Of a stretch of DNA of 64,000 nt, positions 1-11,711 are shown one piece after another (the first letter of the stretch is position 1; the number at the start of each line of letters is the position of its first letter). The position numbers and the translations under genes were made by a program. The stretch comes from Orbicella franksi. Its lineage: Eukaryota. A model generated the notes under the pieces. It saw only the letters and a program-made list of their open reading frames with translations. It was not told the DNA's origin and made no database searches. The stretch covers positions 25,730,001 to 25,794,000 of the forward strand of contig OZ116698.1 in the NCBI GenBank assembly GCA_964199315.1, in the 5' to 3' direction.

Positions 1-120
1 CTGGAATCACATTCTCAGTTGTTAGGTGGCCGTGATTTTGCAAATGAAAGACTCTTGCTCTGCCAATTTGACGCTTAGAGCTCATAGTTAACAAAATTAA
101 ACAAAATTACCTAAAATAGC

Positions 121-293
121 GTGACCTAGCCCTTTTAATACGGTCACCTCGTTATTATGGCCACTTTATTCTGGTCCGAATAAAAGCTCGGTCAGTTATT
201 TTCTCAATTAAAGAACCCCTTTAATACGGCCACCCCGTTAAAACAGCCAGATTTCTGTGGCCCGTTGGTGACCGGATTAACGGGGTTCCACTG
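121..293. mobile_element. 3' part of a pogo/Tigger-like (Tc1/mariner) MITE
   Basis: Ends ...cggggttccactg|ta, a CAGTGGAACC-type TIR followed by TA. Confidence 0.6.
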
Positions 294-438
294 TAGTTAT
301 ATATTTTTTTTAACTGAAGGGTCATAAATTGTTTTGATAGTCGCAGGAAACAAATGCACTCAGCCCGTTATAGCTGAATTGTTGAAATGATCACAGTACC
401 CACTGAAAAACACTGATGCTTTATCTGCTTTAATTCAG

Positions 439-605
439 CTAAGCTGCAAGACACTACCATAATGACAGATGATATTGTTTGCAACGAGGTGAGTCAGGAT
501 CTATCACTCGTCAACTTTGATGGAATAGACGACGTTTCAAGGGAAGATTCTTTGGAAGAAGAGAGATTAATACTGCAGCCAAACACAGTATTAGACAGAC
601 ATCTG
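439..605 (+). CDS. Cluster gene copy A, penultimate exon (AKLQDTTIMTDD...LILQPNTVLDRHL)
   Basis: Acceptor ttaattcag|ct at 438 (phase 1) and donor catctg|gtaagc at 606 (phase 0). The peptide end matches copy E (ISLQHHTVLDRHM|gtaag) and copy C (VVLRPDTKLDKRK|gtgag). Confidence 0.85.
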
Positions 606-928
606 GTAAGCAGATTGGTCAGATATTATTATATAATGGAGAACTAGAAGCTGGCTAAAGGTTCCAGGCTAGGTTTACAATTTACTGGCTCTAAACGATA
701 TTCAAGGGGTGTACATTCTAACCTGTCAAAACAGATAGTTATCATGAAACTTTAACCTTGCTTGAATGTCGGACTAAAAATTCCAAACGGAATGAGTAAT
801 AGGAAAGGTGTCAATATGTAATGGACAGTTCTGAAAACATTTGTTTTTTAATATTAATACACGTAGGTTTATCGAAGGCGTTGATGGGATCAATTTCTAA
901 ACGTAAATCGTCTGGTTCCGTTTTTCAG

Positions 929-1279
929 GTCGCATCATACTACAGTCAGGAGCCGAGGATCCGTTATGTTGTTGAACAGCCTGAGCTTCCTGCTTTGTTG
1001 AAGCTGGTGGCAAAGCGATCTATGCCGGTCGGGGATCGTCGGAAGAAAGCCAGGAGAAAAAAGTCCACTGATAAAAACTTTTGGTGGGCTTGTGGCCACT
1101 GCTTTTTTGAACGACAAAAAAAATCGACCATCAGAGCTCATTTAATTCAAGAAGTTTGTAGAAAACCAAGACTGCAAAGACAAATGTCGAAGAGAATACG
1201 TTCTGTTTCCGAGTTAGAACATCGATCCGAGCTTGACAAGTATAGACATGATTCATGGAAAAGGTCGATATCAATTTGA
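929..1279 (+). CDS. Cluster gene copy A, terminal exon with CCHC zinc-finger-like motif (WWACGHC...H...C)
   Basis: Acceptor gtttttcag|gtc at 928, open to the stop at 1279. Homologous to the terminal exons at 34820, 43764 and 63924. Confidence 0.88.
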   Translation, partial: VASYYSQEPRIRYVVEQPELPALLKLVAKRSMPVGDRRKKARRKKSTDKNFWWACGHCFFERQKKSTIRAHLIQEVCRKPRLQRQMSKRIRSVSELEHRSELDKYRHDSWKRSISI

Positions 1280-2550
1280 AGAGATCTTTAGCTTAGAAAT
1301 TTAAAAAAGAGGTTTATAACATAAATGAGAACGTTGTTACATCTTTTTAAAATATCTTTTTTAATAGTTTCAACTACGTCCTGTGGTTTACAATTTGCAG
1401 AACATTCGAATCGGTAAGAGTCCTTATTGGAAGAAACACAAGTTCTTTTCCTTTGACCCGTACTTTCTTGCCTAAACAACAGGCTTGAGATGTAACGCGT
1501 TGTGCGGAACCACTGTAAGCCTTTATAAGAGACTTTATAACTAGAGTAAGCACATTTCATGACATATCATTTCTATTAATAACTGCGTGACTGGACCCAC
1601 GTATATGTCCCGTTTCCTGTTTTACCAGGTTACTATGGAAAATTTCACTCCCTCTTACAAGAATGTCTTCGTGTCGAGCTGTAACCAGGAACAGGTTTCT
1701 TTCTCAGCAAATTCATGACCTGTTTTGAAACCTTTTTCGCAGTTATTCGTTATGAAAAAAAGTCCTGCACTCCCTTGCCTAAACACAAGGTTAAGCTGTT
1801 ACGCGAAGTGCGGAACTGCTTTAAGCGCGACAGCTAGGTCGATCGAGTACTTTCTAGAATTGCATTACGTGACCACTCCGGCGGTCATTAATTTTTTTTT
1901 TCACTACGTGACGCCTTGAACATTTAGAATATGAATTTAAAACTCACAAAGAAGACGACCGCATTGCCGGTCAATGTCATTTTGAGAATTGAGCTGAAAC
2001 CAAAATCTTCTGCACAGTTAAATTTTTAAAAGAAATCTTCTGCATTGGACGAAACCAGAACATAAAAATGACCATTCTAAAGTTAGCTGTACACAACAAT
2101 CATGACTGTCAAGAGTGAAATGTTTACAAAGTGTTACAAAGTGTTTTCTAGACTCGTTGACCCCGACGGCGCGCTATAGTCCGTCAAAAGCAAATCAAGC
2201 GAGCTACGAAGTAGTCGTAACACTCGTAACCAAACATGGATCAAGCATCGAGATATGTAAACCAGTGGGTTGAATGGAACGATGTGAGGATAGCAAGCTG
2301 CGCTTGGAGAAAAGGGAAGAAATATAGAGAAGGCGAACGCCGAGTGAACGATAACAAATATTGCACAATCATTGTCGAACGCCTTTTGACTAAAACCGGA
2401 ACAGTCAGAGGCCATAATCGCCTTTTGTTAGCTAAATTTGGGTGGTTATTTTTAGCTTTGAACTCTGATTTAGAAACAAGAGAAAGCTGACATCACTAAT
2501 TTTTACCGCTATTGCTTAATCACTTCTGCCATTGCAAGTTCTATGTTTTG

Positions 2551-2592
2551 CTCAAGACGTTTCGGCTGGTGCTTGAGCCTTCATCAGTTGAA
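2551..2592 (-). ncRNA. Minimal type I hammerhead ribozyme motif (Penelope-like element remnant)
   Basis: The minus strand reads UUCAA-CUGAUGA-A-GGCU(caagcacc)AGCC-GAAA-CGUC-UUGAG. This gives both core boxes, a 4-bp stem II, a 5-bp stem I, palindromic ACGU as stem III and a GUC cleavage triplet. Confidence 0.7.
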
Positions 2593-3186
2593 ATACTAAC
2601 GTTAGTACGCGTGATTCAAAAACCAGCGCGTCGAAAGCGCGCTGAGGAAACTTCCGCGTGAAGTTTCAAGAAAACGTAGCGCGAGAGTTATGCGCGCGCC
2701 AAAGACTTGTAGACTTCTACTCTATTTTTAAACACATTGGAGACTGGGCAATGGTCTGGATTGGAGCCAGAATTATAAGTTCTAGAAAACAACCTAACTC
2801 ATCACCAGTTTATCCTAAAATTAACTTATTTACATCGTTCGAACGTCTTGAATTGAAATACGTGACATCCTTTGTAGTCTGGCACGCTTTCATTGGCGGT
2901 TGGTAGTCACGCGAAAAAATATTGTGCATAAGAAGTCAAATATTTAAAATCAAAATCAAAAAATAATTGTAATAAAAAATCGTAAGGTCCCAAGTGTCAC
3001 TAAATTCCTAAATGCCCCACTTAAAAGGAAAAGAACTTAAAATTCACGGTCTTTGGAATCCGTGTACGAGCCGAGTAGGTGGCAACAGTATGTGAACTTT
3101 GTACACCTCACGTGTCCAGTCGAGTGCGGAGGATGTCACAGCAGATTCATAGCAGACTGTTCTGAAAACATTTTTTTTTTTTTTAA

Positions 3187-3514
3187 GGTGGCTGAAAACA
3201 GTTTCCAGCAATTTCCAAAGCGTAGATTTTGATGGGTCATTACGATCACTCTATATCCATTGTTGCCACAACCATAGTATCAAAAAACTGCCCAATCATT
3301 GGTGAGCATATTGGCGTCAATTTTGTGGCACAATAGGTTACCATAGCAACAGTATGACCTGCTCAAAACACCCTGAATTTTAGCTTGAGGCGCTTATAAC
3401 TCAAAAACGAGCTCAGTTAACCAAGTTTTTATCATCGAATTGTGTTAAGCTTTATAAGACACAAAGTTTTACAAAGTTTAAAAAAAAAATATGTGCCGAG
3501 GGTTCAGAATCACC
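3187..3514 (+). mobile_element. TTAA-flanked MITE (Kolobok/piggyBac-like)
   Basis: TTAA at 3183-3186 and 3515-3518, termini ggtggctgaaaac...ggttcagaatcacc. Related copies at 3675-3994 (inverted) and ~42500-42736. Confidence 0.7.
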
Positions 3515-3518
3515 TTAA

Positions 3519-3670
3519 ATACATACATACATACTTTATTCGTCCCAAAAGGGCTTTTCGGAATAAAGATAGAACTATTAAAAACTGATTAAATTAATTA
3601 AAAAGTCTATGTACAACTCAATTAATTAATTAATAAGTAACTAATTAACAACCCTTAAATGTTCGAAAAG
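3519..3670 (-). mobile_element. Short L2-type 3' end fragment
   Basis: The reverse complement reads aaaagcccttttgggacgaataaagtatgtatgtatgtat, the same tail architecture as 16130-16182. Confidence 0.55.
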
Positions 3671-3674
3671 TTAA

Positions 3675-3994
3675 GGTAGCTCTGAGCCCTCTCCACAGAA
3701 TTTTTTTAGACTTTGTAAAATGTTGCGTCTTAAAATGTTTATCACGGCTCGAGAATAGAAAACGGTGGCCACCTAGCTCGTTTTTAAATTATAAGCGCTT
3801 AACACTAAAATTAAGGGGTTTTTTAGCAGGTTGTATTGTTGCTATAGTAGCCTGTTATATAAAAAAGATGACCGAAACTTGTTTACCAATGATTGGGCAT
3901 GTGTGTGATACCATTATTGCAGCATCACGTAATAGTATTCATCATTCGAAGAATAGCTATCAAAAAAAAGAGCTGGAAACTGTTGCCAGCCTCC
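3675..3994 (-). mobile_element. Second copy of the TTAA-flanked MITE, inverted
   Basis: TTAA at 3671-3674 and 3995-3998. Its ends are reverse complements of the 3187-3514 ends. Confidence 0.7.
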
Positions 3995-4069
3995 TTAATA
4001 CATGTACGTTTATCGAAGGGGTTGATGGGATCAATTTCTAAACGTAAATCGTCTGGTTACGTTTTTCAG

Positions 4070-4440
4070 GTCGCATCATACTACAGTCATCGGGCAAGGG
4101 TTCGTTATGTTGAGGAACAGCCTGAGCTTCCTGCTTTGTTGAAGCTGGTGACAAAGCGATCTATGGTGGTTGGGGATCGTCGGAAGAAAGCCAGGAGAAA
4201 AAAGTCCACTGATAAAAACTATTGCTGGGCTTGTGGCCACTGCTTTTTTGAACGACAAAAAAAAAAAAATCGACGATTAGAGCTCAATTAATTCAAGGAG
4301 TTTGTAGAAAACCAAGACTGCAAAGACAAATGTCGAAGAGAATACGTTCTGTTTCCTAGTTAGAACGTCGTTCAGGTAGTAGTTTCGAAATTTCAGAACT
4401 TGACATGTATAGCCACGATTCATTGAAAAGGTCGTTATCA
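4070..4440 (+). pseudogene. Copy A', duplicated terminal exon, frameshifted
   Basis: Highly similar to 929-1279 with an intact acceptor (gtttttcag|gtc). The poly-A run is 13 nt versus 8 nt (frameshift at ~4257-4269), and a gag>tag stop follows at ~4357. Confidence 0.8.
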
Positions 4441-6594
4441 ATTTATCTTTAGCTTTGGAAATTTTATATAAAGATATTTATAACAAAGATAAGAACATTG
4501 TTACTGACGATGACAGAAATTTCTGTCCAAACACGACAAATATATTTTTTAATAGTTTCATGTCGTAATAAACGTAGACGAATTACAACTGGAAAAAGGA
4601 TATCGAAGGGAAAAAAACTTCGGAGAGGTAACATTTTGATATGCAGCGATGATAACGCGTTGTAGAAACCTTAACTCAACGTCATTAACGTCGATAATTT
4701 TACTGGAAAATAAATCATAACACGTATGAAATAAATCATCTATGTGGTCAAAAATTTAAACACATGTAAGACTCCCCCGCCCCGTTTTCCTTGAAGAAAA
4801 AAAAAGATAGAAATACAGTAACTGCGTCCTGTAGTTTAGAATTTGCGGAACATTCGAATCGGTCTGAGAGTCCTTAATTGTTTAAACAAAACAATTTCTT
4901 TTATTTTTGTGGCTCGCCTAAAACTGAGAACATTCCACACTGATTACATGCCGAACGGAGGACGGTTTCCATGAAATCGCTTCGATTGTTCGTAGCAATT
5001 ATTCACGAAATTGGCAATTCGATGGAGTCTTATAGAATTACTTTGGCGCCTTTTCAATTAGTTAGTGCAGCTTACTGCTACAGTTCTTCTTGCTCGCGAA
5101 AGCAGCTCTCGATAAAACTTTCCCTATGGAAAATATACTGGAACTTTATTTCAGACGTTTACAAAGGTCAGTGGCTTTTTAGAAGATCAAAATACCTTTA
5201 TATTCCTGATACCAAACTAATCTCACTCTCACTCTAAAGACCTTTACTCTTTTCTAATACGAAACATATTTTCAAACTGAAGCATGCTGAGAGCTCCCAT
5301 AATGGACGATATTCTCGTTCATGTGGTTGGACTGAATGAGTTCTTACTGGCACATAAGTTCTTTGCCGCATTGAATAAAACAATGTGACATCACATGAAT
5401 CGTGCATGTTATTCATATATAAACCCTGATATGGAAGTTTCCGATTTTGTTTGCACTTGAAGGAAACGAACTTTAACAGGAACACGCGAAAGCTTAAAGA
5501 AGGAACAAATTCCCTTTTTAATTACTCTCTCTGAAACAAGCTGCTCACAAGGAAGTGCATATTCCTCAGCGATGAATGTAAATGGCTGAATATTATTTGG
5601 ACTTAACAACGTTCACTTTCACTTACCCTACGTTGGTTAAACAACAGAAAACATATATGCAGTATGCATGGTTATAATTGATTAGTTACAAACAGCGCTT
5701 ACGCACGTTGATATCAGACTAAAACTATATTTCACTAGCAAACCTCACTTTGAAAATGCAAATCGTAAATTTTGTCATTACCAAATGCTCAAAGCAACAA
5801 ATTAATAATGAAAAGATTGCCGACGTGAAAACAAAACAAAAACGTGCTAGGCTTGAGGGTAACTAATAGCAAATTAACGCACCGTCCCAATAATAACTTA
5901 TACAGTAGCTTTGACATTACGCAACTCTTACATGTACGAGTTACACAATTAGTACACGTGCCCATACAGCATACTTCACTAACAGCGTTGCCAAACGAAG
6001 CTTGAGAATAATTTTGAGAACAGAACGTAATCATGCACAAGACCCATCGGAATGGCTCCATATTTTAGACTCCGCCGCTGTTTTGCTACTATTCATAATG
6101 AGCAACGGATAATTACAATATATATTAAGGAAAATGAGTGGTACAAATGTGGCGATGCCCTATAAACAATACATTAACGTTTATTTCATCCCGAATTTAA
6201 GGTGGCAATAATGCTAACACCTTAGAGAAAAAAATAAGCAAGGACGATAAAAACAAACGTATACTTATAGCTGGGCAAGAAAAAAATGAATCGAGTAACT
6301 CTGGCTCTTATGAAAAACATATGGTTGCTTTCACTCTAAACATAAATTTATATTTGCTAACGTTCACTAAAGTAGTTTTTGTTTACAAGTTCGAGAGAAT
6401 GAGCGCGGAGCGGGCGGGATTCAACCTCTCAAAAGAATTTCACAGACCGTCTAATTTCTCTCTCCGACCATCCAACCCTGGCGTTCTCGCTTGTTCAAAT
6501 CCCCCGCAGTTAATATTTTGCTTGCAATCTCGGCTAACTTATAAGAGAAAGTAGACGGTCTGAGGTCGGGCTATCATCGAGGTGTTGTTCCGTT

Positions 6595-7130
6595 TTACAT
6601 CAGAGAATAATAACGGTTGCTGTAGCAAAACACCAGCCTACGACCTAATGTCTTCAAGTTCATCCCATTGACCTCAATTTTCTTTTCGATTTCTTTACAG
6701 ACCGCCTTCCTGCGCTTGCCTAACTTAACCGCTTGAAAATAATTGAAACGCTCCTCATTGCACTCCGACCGTTCGGCCAAATGTAGAGGACGTAGATGTA
6801 AATGTAGAGGTGCGTTTGTAGCGAAGGGATCGTGTTCGACGGACTCGTCGTGCTCGTAACGGAAAACCACTGGCACTTTAATGGAAGAGGACAATATCTC
6901 TGGAGCCGAGGTGAATTTTTTCTCAGTAAACTGCTGCCAGTCAATGTCGTGCTCTTTGGAGTTGCTTCTTTCTCTCTCGGTTTTGTGAACTGGTCGAAGA
7001 CGATCACAGTCAGGCTCATATCTTGCTGATTCTTGAGTCAAAACCACAGCCAAGTACGTATCCCAGCCAACGGGGTATTTTGGTTTTAAATTTCGCTGAA
7101 GACTACTTGTTGCTGGCTTAAACGATATGT
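6595..7130 (-). CDS. Unidentified open frame (~178 codons), probably the terminal exon of an unrelated gene
   Basis: Stop-free from ~7131 to 6595 with a protein-like charged composition. No in-frame ATG near the 5' end, candidate AG acceptors at ~7100 and ~7141, and AATAAA ~410 nt past the stop (6180-6185). No family recognised. Confidence 0.45.
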
Positions 7131-7154
7131 CATGCGGCCACTGTTACTACTCAT

Positions 7155-7290
7155 CGTGCTTGATCTGTTGTCTACAAGTAGTTAGTAGGACCAGATAATA
7201 AACCCAACCGAGTCAAGTGACGCACCGATCATCTCAGTAATACTTTCATGTACACAAATGAAGTATCTTCTTCTTCTTCTTCTTCTTCTT

Positions 7291-7321
<31 letters not shown>

Positions 7322-8125
7322 TGCAATGATTACACGTGCCCACTGCCCGTGCCCATACTGCATACTTTATACCAAGAGCGCTGCTGACCCACAATCTCGG
7401 TCGGGACAAACTTAACTACCACTCTGCCGAACAATGATGAATTCGGCGGCCTGTGACCAAAACGTGTCATTTTTCCACCATATGTTTAAAAATTTTGTTT
7501 GAATTAACCAATATTGTAGCTATAATACTGGGTTGTTATGTTATTGGGAAATTTTAAGACATTTATATGGTGGAAAAATGAAACATTTTCATGTACGTAT
7601 TACGTAATGATTACAGGTGCCCACACTGCATACTTTATACTAAGAGCACTGCAATCTCGGTCGGAAGAAAAACGATCTAAACAACCCCTTCCCCATATCA
7701 ATGATGAATATGTAACCAAAATCTCCCATTTTCCCACCATCTGTGTTTTTAAATTTCATTTAAATTAACCAATATTGTAGGTATAATATTAAATTGTTTT
7801 GTTATTGGTCAATTCAAATGAAATTTTACGGCATTTATACAGTGGGAAAATGACACATGTTGATTTTTGGGTGCCGAATTCGGGAACAAGACAAGAACTA
7901 AACTACCCCACCACGACCGAGATTGTAGGTTAGCAGCGCTGTCAATAAGAAGTATGCAGTATGGGCACGTGCACGTGCCCATTGCGTAACTCGCACGTGT
8001 AGGAGTTACGTTGTGTCAAAGTTACCATTCAAGTTATTATTGAGGCGATCGGTGCGTCAATTTGCTCATTTGCACTTACAATCTTTTGGTCCTACTAACT
8101 AAGTGAAGACAACACATCAGGCACG
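7155..8125. mobile_element. Inverted-repeat (foldback-like) element with ~250-bp arms and an internal tandem duplication
   Basis: Perfect 15-bp core tagttagtaggacca (7179-7193) / tggtcctactaacta (8087-8101) within longer imperfect arms. Contains (CTT)n at 7266-7320. Another arm copy lies at 5860-5995. Confidence 0.65.
7266..7320 (+). repeat. (CTT)n microsatellite
   Basis: Direct reading. It explains the poly-Arg ORF at 7182-7409. Confidence 0.97.
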
Positions 8126-11100
8126 CATGCTCTGTTTATTTGTTTGTTTGTTTGTTTGTTTGTTTGTTTGTCTTAGAGCAAATTATCTCCCATGTTTTCA
8201 TATATGTTACTAATGTAGCAACCTTCTTTTGCTAACATGATCAAACCAAACCCCATTCAGTCCACCAAAGCAGGCCATTTTACAGTTCTGTGAATTGTAA
8301 CAGAGCCTCTGTATGAAAGCGAGGTTTGGGTTTATATGGTGATGATAGAGATAATATTAAAATTAGTTAGTATGATAACAGAATAATTTAGACTTGAGAA
8401 GTAGCAAGGTTTGTATCATAACAAAGTCAACTCCAGCCTCACTTCTGTTCGAATTAAAGGCTTGCAAGCAGGGAACTGTGAAATAGACTAAACCAAATGA
8501 TTATTATTGAGTCTCACAACGTGACACGAAAATTTTGCAGTGCAGACAATAGGCATGGTTAGAATCTGTCGAAAAATAGCTTTATCGTATAAAGCTTCTA
8601 GCTTTATACGTTTTGGCAGCTAATGCAACCTTCTTCACCCAAAAACAATAGTCAATATCGATGGCATTTCTGGCGATCAACGTGAATAAAATTACAACAA
8701 AACAGCAATAAAATATCTAAGTAAACAGTAACAATAAGCATAGTTAGTAACTATGCAATAAGGCAGAAGTGAAACAAAATACTCTTTGTTAACCGCTTTG
8801 TTCCTAATAATTCATCAACATCTGATTTCCCTTTCGAATATCAGTTCATTGTCAAACCGACAGTGAAAAAATCGTCGCTATTAGCCTGCAAGAGTATCGG
8901 GTCTCGACCTACAATTCTGGTCACATTACTTGAAAATGTGTGTTCACATCCAGTTTTCCCGACTCAATGTTGGCAACGGGCAAAGCGCCTATATTTATCA
9001 GTTTGAAAAATTACGACCAGGATTCTAGCTGTCGGCGCGAACCGAGAGGCGAATATAGGGCTGTTTTGGGTGGATTTCAAGCAGGAGACACTAAACATGT
9101 TTCCAAAACTAAAATTAAACCTATCTCCAGGAGAAATTGAAACTCCATGCTCTTTGAATTGAAGACCTAACATGAAACTATTGACGACTATAAATAGTAC
9201 GAGTCCACCGTAAGTGAAAACTCACGCAAGAAGAGCCACAAACTGTACTGACTGAATTCTTCTGAACTAAGCACACATTGCGGACCACTGCTGCAGTCAA
9301 GGCAACTGAACAAAGATACGCGCTATTATGTTTTTCGTTCTCGTTGCCCCGCACACACTATAACTACCAGTGACCGTTCGTGATCTACAAGCTTTTCTCG
9401 TGTTCTCCCGACATCTCATGTTGGTTTTTATTGCACCAGTAAACCAATCAAACATTGATAGCAAGAACATATGATTTATTTATTCACTTATACCTTCAGC
9501 TAAAAGACTACCAATGATTGGAATATTAGACCTATGGTCAACAGAAAAGTTGGTGGTATATTTAATAATACTTGGTACAATAAAGAGCTCGTTCCAGTTC
9601 TGGCGTCACGGATTTCTCGCATCGTCCTATGAAGGTAAGTTTCAACGACCCCGTCACCTACTAAAACGGACTCCAAAGGCGACCACTTAAAAGGGCCTAA
9701 GATGGGAATGATACAAGGAGCCAGATAAAAGTACGAGGCTAGAATGTTCGAAAAATGACGCTTACAGGGTGGAAACTTGAAAGGCTGCTGAAATGGTTCA
9801 CATTGTCATTTGGAAAAATAAAAGAGAGGAAATCAATACACTTGTAGAACATCATATAATCTATCAAACTTGCAAAAAGTCACTGAATAATTATTGATAC
9901 CGGGTTAAATACTTTTAAAAAGTTATTTTGAAGTAGATAACTTACAAACAAATGGTCGAGATTAAATATCACCTTAAGGTTAAGAAGCAGTTCATTCCGT
10001 CAATTCTAACGTGGCATATATGGTTAACCAGGTCATAAGCATCATCGGTGTCGCCACAATAACAAGTGTCATATGCATGTTAAGATATATATTATACAAG
10101 TGTGCGCGTACTTCTTTCGCTCGCGACTAGTAAAGTATTATAAAACAAATGAGCGAGTCTTGAAACGTTATTGCGAACAAAGCAATTGGACCAAACACTG
10201 AACAGTGACTGATGCAATTTCAGTTTTACGCTTTAAGAACAATGGTAAGCTAAAGGGGTAAGATGGGTGCAACAACCTTAACTAAAAGACAACGTCGCGG
10301 CGAACAAGACTGGAACCAGTCAATTTTGGAAGATGACGTAGATGAACAGCGGCAATTGGACCGCACACTCCAATTAAGTTTTCTGCATTGTTTAAACGGT
10401 TAGTTTTATTCACGACTTTCAAAAGTAAAACAATATTCTTCCAATTTAATGCATTGTTAATGAAAAAAAAAAATAAATAAATTACTTGGACAAGATGACA
10501 GAGCTGCCAACTACACGTACGGCCTTTAAACCTTTAGGAAATTGTTTCTCTTAAAAGTTCTTTGGAATTGAGTGCTCTTGACCGGTTTGAAAATTGCTCA
10601 TTGTCTGTCCTTTAGGGGCATCTGTATCAAGGTGACTACTTTGCTATTGGATTCGACACGGAAATTTCCAGAAACTTTTCCTGGGTATTCATTGCGAGGA
10701 TATATTTCACCTAAAAATGACGTGTTTATTTGAACCAATCACGCATGATTCGTGAGAGCAGATAGCATAGGGAGGAAGCATGCAGTGAAGTAAACCATTG
10801 ACCTCAAGGAACAATTTAAAGCACGTTTCACTGCTGATAAACGAAGTCATCTTCAAATGACACTGAGTTCCTTGTTCCCTTCGTGCCATGCTCCTGAACT
10901 CACGAAAATGATTATTTTCATGAGTTCAGTCTTCCGGTGATCATTTATTTAACTGACAAGAAAAGTCACGCAGAGACGTCTTGCTTGTTTGCGAAAAAAA
11001 AACAATCATTTATCTCCCTGGAAAGCTTTGACGTTAATTACGCGCGACTTAAAGCGCAGATTAAGATTCGCAAAGTAATTTAGATACAATGAAATGACCG

Positions 11101-11416
11101 AAAGAAAAGCAATCCGTTTCAAGTATGCGCTTTCCGCTAGTAAAAGACTGTTAACTGTAAACTCGCTTTAAATGGAGACACCTTTCAAGTTCAGCTACCT
11201 GAAAAGGTCAATTGCTTGGCAAAATACTCTACTATATCAGCTGTTTTAACTTCATACCTGACTAACACGTGATTCCTTTTTGCAAGTTTAATGTCCAAAA
11301 ATCCACATCTGTTTAAATTCAGTAACTATCACCCAAACGTAACACTACGTTCGTGGTGATAAACAAAGATTGCACTTGTACACTTACTGTTTAGTAACCA
11401 TTTCAACCGCAAACTC

Positions 11417-11478
11417 CTCCCACTCATTATCTTGGAGACAGTTCACTTCTCTTAAAGGATAGACATGACTTCCTCCCA
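11417..11478 (+). promoter_or_regulatory. Conserved upstream module CTCCCACTC...ACTTCCT (also at 25830-25890 on + and 59191-59248 on -)
   Basis: The same two motifs occur in the same order and spacing (43-46 nt) upstream of all three first exons. Confidence 0.5.
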
Positions 11479-11533
11479 AGGAAACACACGCAGAGTTTCT
11501 GTCGGTCCTCGCGAGTAACTGGCTTTTGACAAA

Positions 11534-11711
11534 ATGAGTCTTTTCGCTTTCGACCCCGAGCTAGAGCAACAGTTAAATGACATAGATGAGTTTATCAGGG
11601 AGGAGTGTGGAATTGACCTATCTGCTGGGTTAAACCAAAGCGAATGGTCTTTGCTTTCACAAAGTGGGAAAGCCCCACCGCAGTATACTTTTAGCTCCTG
11701 GAGCTTTACAG
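11534..11711 (+). CDS. Cluster copy B, first coding exon (MSLFAFDPELEQQLNDIDEFI...), no downstream exons found
   Basis: ATG at 11534 and phase-1 donor acag|gtaggt at 11712. Same length (178 nt) and phase as exon 1 of copy C. The promoter and ~700 nt of intron are homologous to 25780-26880. Confidence 0.75.

Noticed and set aside
2236-2490. 84-aa ORF with C..KGKKYREGER resembling a VWC-domain start
   Set aside because: The remaining cysteine pattern is absent, there is no convincing splice context, and it lies among repeat remnants.
4504-4537. Second hammerhead-like motif CTGACGA-T-GACAGA(aatt)TCTGTC-CAAAC
   Set aside because: The invariant G12 is C and there is no NUH triplet or stem I partner, so it is at best a dead remnant.
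7182-7409. Poly-arginine ORF
   Set aside because: An artefact of the (CTT)n microsatellite.
8885-9210. Protein-like + strand fragments (FWSHYLKMC..., IGLFWVDFKQETLNMFPKL...) with a downstream donor
   Set aside because: The frames are broken and I recognise no family. blastx would be needed before making any call.
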